A DNA stretch of 64,000 nucleotides from the NCBI GenBank assembly GCA_041615815.1, contig JBFJCP010000022.1, forward strand, positions 1 through 64,000. Direction: 5' to 3'. This document shows positions 58,051 to 64,000 of the stretch, one piece after another (the stretch's first letter is position 1; every line of letters starts with the position of its first letter). The notes under the pieces were generated by a model. The model worked only from the letters and a program-made list of their open reading frames with translations, did no database searches and had not been told where the DNA came from. The position numbers and the translations under genes were made by a program. The stretch comes from Gemmatimonadales bacterium. Its GTDB lineage: Bacteria; Gemmatimonadota; Gemmatimonadetes; Gemmatimonadales; GWC2-71-9.

Positions 58051-59766
58051 TCATAACTCCCCACGCTTGGTTGCCTCCACCGCGTAGTCACATGCCCGGG
58101 CCGTGAGGGCCATGTACGTGAGCGACGGGTTCTGGCACGCCGCCGAGGTCATACACGCCCCATCCGTGACGAACACGTTGGGCACATCATGGAGTTGATT
58201 CCACGAGTTGAGTACGGACGTTCGTGGATCGCGTCCCATGCGGGCGGTTCCCATTTCGTGAATCCCTTCGCCCGGCCGGTAGATGTCCTCCCACGTTTCC
58301 ACGTCCGTGCAGCCGGCCGCCTGTAACATTTCCGCCCCGGCCACCTTCATGTCTCGCCGCATGGCCAACTCATTTTCGCCAATGGTGCAGTGGATCCGAA
58401 GCACCGGGAGCCCCCAGGCGTCCTTGACGTACGGATCCAGCATGACGTAGTTGTCGTGGCGGGGAAGCATCTCGCCGAACCCCCAGAGGGCAATACGCCA
58501 TCGTCCCGGAGTCCGGAGCCGGTTCTTCAGCTCTGCACCAAGACCCGGTTCTCCGATTCCGCGGCCCCACCCTTCGCGGCTGGCGCCCCCCTGATAGCCG
58601 TACCCGCGCACGAAGTCCGGCCGGCGGGTCCGTGCGTCCACGTTGCGGTAGCGTATCACGTATATGCCGTTCGGGCGGCGGCCGTAATAGTAGCGGTCCT
58701 CGAGTCCGGGAATCGTCCCCACGGCGCCCAGCTTGAAGTGGTGATCCATCACATAATGACCCAGCGTGCCACTCGAATTCCCCAATCCGTCCGGGAAGCG
58801 GGGCGAGGTACTCATCAACAGGATCTGGGTCGAGGCGAGCGAGGACGCGCACAGGAACACGATCCGTCCCTTGAACTCGAGGTCCTCATGGGTCTCGGCG
58901 TCGATCACGCGGACGCCGGTGACGACATCTCGGCTCTCGTCGTAGATGAGGCTGTGGACGATGCTGTGTGTGCGGATGGTGAGCTTGCCCGTCTGGAGCG
59001 CTGCGGGAAGCGTGCTACTCTGACTGGAGAAGTAGGCGCCCACGGAGCAACCGCGAGCGCACGGGCCGCAGTAGTGGCAGGCGCCCCGCCCGTTGTGTGG
59101 CTGTGTCAGCACGGCGGAGCGGCCGATGGTCATGCGTCGATCAGGGAAGGCCCGCTCGATTCCCGCTTTCACTCGCAGCTCGCCCGCGTTGAACGGCATG
59201 GGGGGCAGGAACTGGCTGTCCGGGAGCTGGGGCATGCCCTCCGCCTGGCCGCTCAGACCGATGAACCGTTCCACGTAGTCGTACCACGACTCGATATCCG
59301 CGTACCGTATTGGCCAGTCGATCGCGATTCCCTCTCGGGCGTTCGCCTCGAAGTCCAGATCGCTCCAGCGATACGATTGCCGGCCCCACATGATCGAGCG
59401 GCCGCCGAGGTGGTGGCCACGGATCCACAGGAACGGCTTGTCTTCGTCGAACGTGTACGGGTTCTCCCGGTCGTTGACGAAGAAGTGGGCATTGTCCTCG
59501 CTCACGGGGCCGGCTTGCGACTGGAGGAATTGCTCCTCCTTGAACCGATGGTTGTCACCTCGGCCGCGGTACTCCATCTCCCACGGGGCCTTGTGCTCGG
59601 TGATGTAGTCCAGGCCATGTCTCACCGGCCGTCCCCGCTCGAGGAGCAGAACCTCCATACCTTTTTCGGTCAGCTCCTTCGCGGCCCAGCCTCCCGTGAT
59701 GCCGGATCCCACCACGATCGCATCGTAGGTTTTGCCGTTTCCGGCCTGCGCGGTTGGGAAGTTCAT
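58051..59766 (-). CDS. GMC family FAD oxidoreductase, large subunit (glycoside 3-dehydrogenase-like)
   Basis: YDAIVVGSGITGGWAAKEL, LGGRSIMWGRQ, CHYCGPCARGC, IHEMGTARMG, QNPSLTYMALTARA. ATGA overlap with the small subunit. Confidence 0.92.
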   Translation of the reverse strand: MNFPTAQAGNGKTYDAIVVGSGITGGWAAKELTEKGMEVLLLERGRPVRHGLDYITEHKAPWEMEYRGRGDNHRFKEEQFLQSQAGPVSEDNAHFFVNDRENPYTFDEDKPFLWIRGHHLGGRSIMWGRQSYRWSDLDFEANAREGIAIDWPIRYADIESWYDYVERFIGLSGQAEGMPQLPDSQFLPPMPFNAGELRVKAGIERAFPDRRMTIGRSAVLTQPHNGRGACHYCGPCARGCSVGAYFSSQSSTLPAALQTGKLTIRTHSIVHSLIYDESRDVVTGVRVIDAETHEDLEFKGRIVFLCASSLASTQILLMSTSPRFPDGLGNSSGTLGHYVMDHHFKLGAVGTIPGLEDRYYYGRRPNGIYVIRYRNVDARTRRPDFVRGYGYQGGASREGWGRGIGEPGLGAELKNRLRTPGRWRIALWGFGEMLPRHDNYVMLDPYVKDAWGLPVLRIHCTIGENELAMRRDMKVAGAEMLQAAGCTDVETWEDIYRPGEGIHEMGTARMGRDPRTSVLNSWNQLHDVPNVFVTDGACMTSAACQNPSLTYMALTARACDYAVEATKRGEL

Positions 59767-60341
59767 GCCCATGTCCGCCCGACCTCCTTCAGAGGCAGGT
59801 CGCTGTCATAGCGACCGGGCGCCGCAAGCCATTGAAGCTCTTGGGTCGCCCCGATCTCGGACGTGTAGTACCCGACGAGCGTCCATTCCTTGAGGGTGGC
59901 GAAGAAGGGCAGCGGGTCGGCGTTGGTTTTCCGCGCGTGCACGGCCTCGTTGTCGAGGCGAGTGAGCAGCGCGCGCTGCTGCTCCGATGTGGCTTCCCCA
60001 AAGGTGGCACCATGGGCCTGTTGCATCTCTTCGTCGATCGTGCCTAGGCCACGCATGAACCGCTCGCGGCCCGCAGGCTCCGCCCATTTCCCCAGCAGCT
60101 TGTCGATGAAGGCTGTCACACCAACGTCCTTCGCCCCTGGGGTGTCGGTGGTGGGGATGATGTGATCGACCATGAGATCGAGAAGGTCGACCTGGTCGGC
60201 CGTCAGCGTCTGAGGAGTCCATGCTGGCGTGGGCGCCTCCGCCCGGCAGCCGGAGAGGACTGCGGCCACCACCGGCGCGGATATGGCCCCACCAATGAGG
60301 AGTGACAGTTGGTGAAGGGCTTCTCGACGGGAGAGGTTCAT
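59763..60341 (-). CDS. Gluconate 2-dehydrogenase subunit 3 family (Tat small subunit)
   Basis: SRREAL Tat motif; IIPTTDTPGA, FFATLKEWTLVGYYTSEIG. Confidence 0.9.
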   Translation of the reverse strand: MNLSRREALHQLSLLIGGAISAPVVAAVLSGCRAEAPTPAWTPQTLTADQVDLLDLMVDHIIPTTDTPGAKDVGVTAFIDKLLGKWAEPAGRERFMRGLGTIDEEMQQAHGATFGEATSEQQRALLTRLDNEAVHARKTNADPLPFFATLKEWTLVGYYTSEIGATQELQWLAAPGRYDSDLPLKEVGRTWA

Positions 60342-60368
60342 AGGCGCGCCTGAGTTCAGTTGAGTCAC

Positions 60369-60427
60369 CGGCAACTTCGGGATCTGATAAGTTGCCGATC
60401 GATTGGCTCTACCGCAAATGCTTTGCG
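60369..60427. promoter_or_regulatory. Cluster of inverted repeats in a divergent intergenic region (candidate operators)
   Basis: CGGCAACTT-N11-AAGTTGCCG (60369-60397), GCCGATCGATTGGC (60394-60407), CGCAAA-TGC-TTTGCG (60413-60427). Confidence 0.4.
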
Positions 60428-60536
60428 TCGTCGGGCCTGGAAGGGCCGCATCCCATGCCGTTTCTTGTCTTCTTGGCGTCGGGCTGGCACTTTCGCGGGC
60501 GCGATTCCTTCGTCCAATCGGTTCCCCGAGGTATGC

Positions 60537-62198
60537 ATGCCCCAATTCGAGCTTGCGGCCCCCGACCTGGTGATGGTGCTGCTCTACGTCGTTTTCATCG
60601 TGGCCCTCGGCCTCTACTTTGCGAAGCGAACCAAGACCACTGACGACTACTTCCTGGCGGGCCGTTCGCTGACCTGGTGGCTGATCGGTTTCTCACTGTT
60701 CGCATCCAACGTCTCATCCAGCACCCTCATCGGATTGTCCTCGTCGGCCTTCGGCTCCGGCATTTCCGTCTACAACTACGAATGGATGGCAGCGCTGGTC
60801 CTGATCGTGTTTCTGGTCTTCTTCCTTCCGTTCTACCTGAAGACGAGGGTGTACACGATGCCGGAGTTTCTCGAGAGGCGTTTCGACCAGCGATCCAGAT
60901 ACTACTTTTCGGCGCTGCTGGTCCTGATGAACATCACCATCGATACGGCTGCCGCCCTGTATGCGGGAGCTCTGGTGGTCCAAATCATCTATCCGGAGAT
61001 TCCCCTCTGGCAGTCCGTGCTTGTCCTCGGGATCGTGGCGGGTGCCTACACGATTGCAGGCGGACTGAAGGCGGTGGTGTACACGGACGCGGTGCAGGCT
61101 GTGCTACTACTGATCGGCGCTTGCCTCGTCGCCGTGTTGTCCTTTAACGCGATCGGCGGCTCCTGGTCCGCCGTCGTGGCAGCCGTTCCCGCCGATGACC
61201 TATCGATCGTTCGGCCTGCGTCGGACCCGGTCTTACCGTGGCCGGGGCTGATCACCGGTGTCTTCCTGTTGGGCTTCTATTTTTGGGCTACCAACCAGTT
61301 CATGGTGCAGCGCGCGTTAGGAGCGAAGAATCTCGACCACGGTCGGTGGGGCGCGCTCTTCGCCGGTCTGCTCAAGCTTCCCATCATCTTCATTATGGTG
61401 TTGCCCGGCATCTTCGGCCGGCTGTTGTATCCCGCAGCGGAGTATCCGACCCTGGCAGAAAATTCGGATCTCATCTTCCCAACGCTCATGTTCGATCTCC
61501 TACCGGTTGGCATCCGCGGGCTCATCATCGCTGCCCTGGTGGCGGCGATCATGTCGAGCGTGGACTCCACACTGAACTCGGCGTCCACTTTGGTCACGAT
61601 GGACTTCATCAAGAAGCTGAAGCCCAACGTGCCGAATCACAGTCTGGTCATCGCCGGTAGGATCGTCACGTTCGTGTTCATGTCGCTTGCGATCGTGTGG
61701 GCGCCTCAGATCATCAAGTTTCCGAACATCTGGACGTACCTGCAACAGATGCTGGCCTACCTGGCGCCGCCTATCGTGGCATGCTTCTTTGCCGGCGTGT
61801 TCTGGAAGCGGGCCAACGGACATGGGGCATTTGCCGCGCTCGTGGTTGGACACCTGGCCGCCGCCGTCATCTTCGGCCTCGCGCTCTCCGGGTCGGTCAT
61901 CATCCAGACGCAAGCGTTGACGGCCGAGCAAATGCAGATGGCCGCGGCCGGCACGCCGGTGATTCACTTTCTCTACCTCGCGCCCATTCTTTTGGTCTTC
62001 TCCCTCGTCGCGCTGGTGGGTGTGAGCCTCGCTACCGCAAAGCCTGACGACGAGGTGGTGCGTACCTTGACGTGGTCTCCGGCCCTCTTGGCGGAAGAAG
62101 CACCGGCACTCCGAGGCATGCCATGGTACAAGAACTATCGCTACCAGTCGGCCGGCATGCTGGTGTTGATAGCGATCTTCGTGATCGCGTGGTGGTAG
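60537..62198 (+). CDS. Sodium:solute symporter (SSS, sugar-type)
   Basis: DYFLAGR, SLFASNVSS, YTMPEFLERRF, GGLKAVVYTD, FWATNQFMVQR, AAIMSS; ATG 60537. Confidence 0.93.
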   Translation: MPQFELAAPDLVMVLLYVVFIVALGLYFAKRTKTTDDYFLAGRSLTWWLIGFSLFASNVSSSTLIGLSSSAFGSGISVYNYEWMAALVLIVFLVFFLPFYLKTRVYTMPEFLERRFDQRSRYYFSALLVLMNITIDTAAALYAGALVVQIIYPEIPLWQSVLVLGIVAGAYTIAGGLKAVVYTDAVQAVLLLIGACLVAVLSFNAIGGSWSAVVAAVPADDLSIVRPASDPVLPWPGLITGVFLLGFYFWATNQFMVQRALGAKNLDHGRWGALFAGLLKLPIIFIMVLPGIFGRLLYPAAEYPTLAENSDLIFPTLMFDLLPVGIRGLIIAALVAAIMSSVDSTLNSASTLVTMDFIKKLKPNVPNHSLVIAGRIVTFVFMSLAIVWAPQIIKFPNIWTYLQQMLAYLAPPIVACFFAGVFWKRANGHGAFAALVVGHLAAAVIFGLALSGSVIIQTQALTAEQMQMAAAGTPVIHFLYLAPILLVFSLVALVGVSLATAKPDDEVVRTLTWSPALLAEEAPALRGMPWYKNYRYQSAGMLVLIAIFVIAWW

Positions 62199-62325
62199 AC
62201 GGGGAAGTCTGCTACGGAGTCACTGCGAGAACGCGGATCGGACTTGCAGCGGACGAATCGCGAGGAACACGGATCGTTCGCGCAATCATTCGCGTGCTCG
62301 AGGAGCCATGCGCGGCCGTCGCGCC

Positions 62326-63204
62326 ATGTCGAAGACCATCGTAGCCATCGGCGAGGCGCTCTGGGACCTCTTCCCGGACGGGCGGCGCCCGGGTGGTGCA
62401 CCGTGTAACGTCGCCTTCCATGCTGCGCGACTGGGAAACCGGGGTGTGATTGTCACGCGCGTGGGTGACGATCCCGACGGGGACGAACTGGTGGCATTCC
62501 TGCGCGAGCGGCGGGTCGATACCGACTACGTGCAGCGCGACGGCACCAGGCCCACGGGCACGGTGGTGGTGACCATCGAGCATGCCGAGCCACAGTTCGC
62601 GATCAGCGAACAGGTGGCGTGGGACAACATCTCGACGGACGATCATGCCCGTACACTCGTTCGTACTGCCGATGCCATCTGCATCGGCTCGCTTGCCCAA
62701 CGACATGAAGTGAGCCGCGCGGCCATTCGAGAGCTGCTAGCAGAGGGGCGCGGTCAGGCCCTCATCGTTTTCGATGTCAATCTTCGTTCCCCATTCATCG
62801 ATGCGGCCGTCATCGAAGACACTCTTCTGGTCTCTGACGTGGTCAAGATGAGTGAAGCGGAGGTCGCAATGCTGTCCACCCTGCTCGATCGGCCGTCACT
62901 GATCGGGTGGCTAGTGGACAAGGTTGGAGTGCAAGCCGTATGCGTGACGCGGGGAAGGGACGGCGCCACGATCACCACTCCGGAGAGAACGGTCACGGCA
63001 CCCGGGATAGAGAGCAATACGTCAGCTGGTGATGTGGTGGGCGCCGGCGATGCATTTACGGCTGCGATGGCCCATCAGCTCGTTCGTGATGCCGCACCGG
63101 AGGAGACCTTGCGTGCCGCGAATCTCTACGCGGCCCTCATTGCGACCAAGAAGGGCGCCATGCCGATGGTGTCGCAAGAAGAGCTCGCAGCAATTGGCAT
63201 GTGA
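62326..63204 (+). CDS. PfkB family carbohydrate kinase (fructokinase-like)
   Basis: AIGEALWD, PGGAPCNVA, VGDD, FDVNLR, VTRG, DVVGAGDAF. Start 62326 or 62308. Confidence 0.9.
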   Translation: MSKTIVAIGEALWDLFPDGRRPGGAPCNVAFHAARLGNRGVIVTRVGDDPDGDELVAFLRERRVDTDYVQRDGTRPTGTVVVTIEHAEPQFAISEQVAWDNISTDDHARTLVRTADAICIGSLAQRHEVSRAAIRELLAEGRGQALIVFDVNLRSPFIDAAVIEDTLLVSDVVKMSEAEVAMLSTLLDRPSLIGWLVDKVGVQAVCVTRGRDGATITTPERTVTAPGIESNTSAGDVVGAGDAFTAAMAHQLVRDAAPEETLRAANLYAALIATKKGAMPMVSQEELAAIGM

Positions 63205-63240
63205 AACAGTGTTGACACCACAATCGGCTCCGGTCGTGCA

Positions 63241-64000
63241 TCACACGACCACGACGGCCTCGTGTGGTAGCAGGTGGAGAGTGCCCCGCACTACGTTGCC
63301 CTCGCTGGCGCGCTGTGTGGATACCGCGATTTGGCCAGCCCAATCCGCCACATCCATGGAGCGTAGTTCACGAGAGAAATTGACGGCAACGAGCACGCGC
63401 TCACTGGTTTCGGAGCGCTCAAAGACGAAGCAATCTGGCGGCGTGGGATCCACGGGCGTGTAGATCCCGGTTCTGAGAGGGGCGGAGCCTCGTCTGAGCT
63501 GGAGCAGCCGGCGATACAAATGGAGATGTGAGTCGGGATCCCGCAGCTGCGATTGCACGTTTCGTACGGCGTAGTCACTGCCAAGGGGCAGCCACGGATC
63601 GTCAGCGGACGTGAATCCGGCGCCTGGCTCCGGCGACCACGGCATGGGTGTTCGGCAACCGTCTCGGCCCAGACTCGCTTCGGCGAGGCCCCAGGGATCC
63701 TGCTGTTGGTCCGGTGGGATCTTCGCCTCGCGCATGCCGAGCTCGTCACCGTAGTACAGCGTCGGCGATCCCCGTAGCGTAAGTAGCAGCACGGCTGCCT
63801 GGCGGCTTCCCTCGTCTCCCAGTCTGGTGGCGAGGCGTCGATCGTCGTGATTTCCCAATACGTAATTGGGCCACGCCCCAGCCGGAAATTCCGATTCCAC
63901 GCCGTCCACGACCCGGCGAACGGCGTCCGCCGTCCAGGGCACCTTCAGGAGTCCGAAGTTTGCCGGCATGTTCAGCTCGTCGAGGTTATCGCCGTAGTAC
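63241..64000 (-). CDS. GH13 alpha-glucosidase family, 5' partial
   Basis: NYVLGNHD, LLTLRGSPTLYYGDELGM, GRDGCRTPMPW; frame runs off the window edge. Confidence 0.9.
   Translation of the reverse strand, partial: YYGDNLDELNMPANFGLLKVPWTADAVRRVVDGVESEFPAGAWPNYVLGNHDDRRLATRLGDEGSRQAAVLLLTLRGSPTLYYGDELGMREAKIPPDQQQDPWGLAEASLGRDGCRTPMPWSPEPGAGFTSADDPWLPLGSDYAVRNVQSQLRDPDSHLHLYRRLLQLRRGSAPLRTGIYTPVDPTPPDCFVFERSETSERVLVAVNFSRELRSMDVADWAGQIAVSTQRASEGNVVRGTLHLLPHEAVVVV

Overview
GC-rich bacterial DNA, densely coding, with about 41 genes. I found no rRNA, tRNA, CRISPR array or intact mobile element. SusC/SusD and a plug-only TonB lipoprotein in a high-GC background suggest Gemmatimonadota (inference). 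The window has four blocks. (1) 1-8955: an anaerobic purine/urate reductive-degradation-type cluster (short YgfK-like, SsnA, YgeY, YgeW-like, dihydropyrimidinase). It has no recognisable YgeX but carries two other PLP fold-II enzymes. (2) 9201-17660: exported amidohydrolases/peptidases, nagB, a GH16 lipoprotein, and a LemA-DUF2207 pair. (3) 17823-25945, repeated in part at 47084-49642 and 58051-63204: an oxidation-elimination ('3-keto-glycoside') sugar-breakdown toolkit (GMC dehydrogenase plus Tat small subunit, Gfo/Idh/MocA, TIM-barrel lyase-like, DUF1080, transporters). (4) 26537-64000: an alpha-glucan/alpha-glucoside PUL-like locus (SusC, SusD, GH97, two GH13, two SSS, PfkB). It is interleaved with unexplained envelope proteins: four FG-GAP/ASPIC-UnbV proteins, a stand-alone RnfD/UnbU-like membrane protein, a 7-heme cytochrome c-TPR lipoprotein paired with a GSDH-type dehydrogenase, a plug-only lipoprotein and an uncharacterised (alpha/alpha)6 GH-like protein. 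The best candidate for an undescribed system is the UnbV/UnbU-like module, possibly working with the multiheme protein. All calls come from motif recognition by eye; no searches were run.
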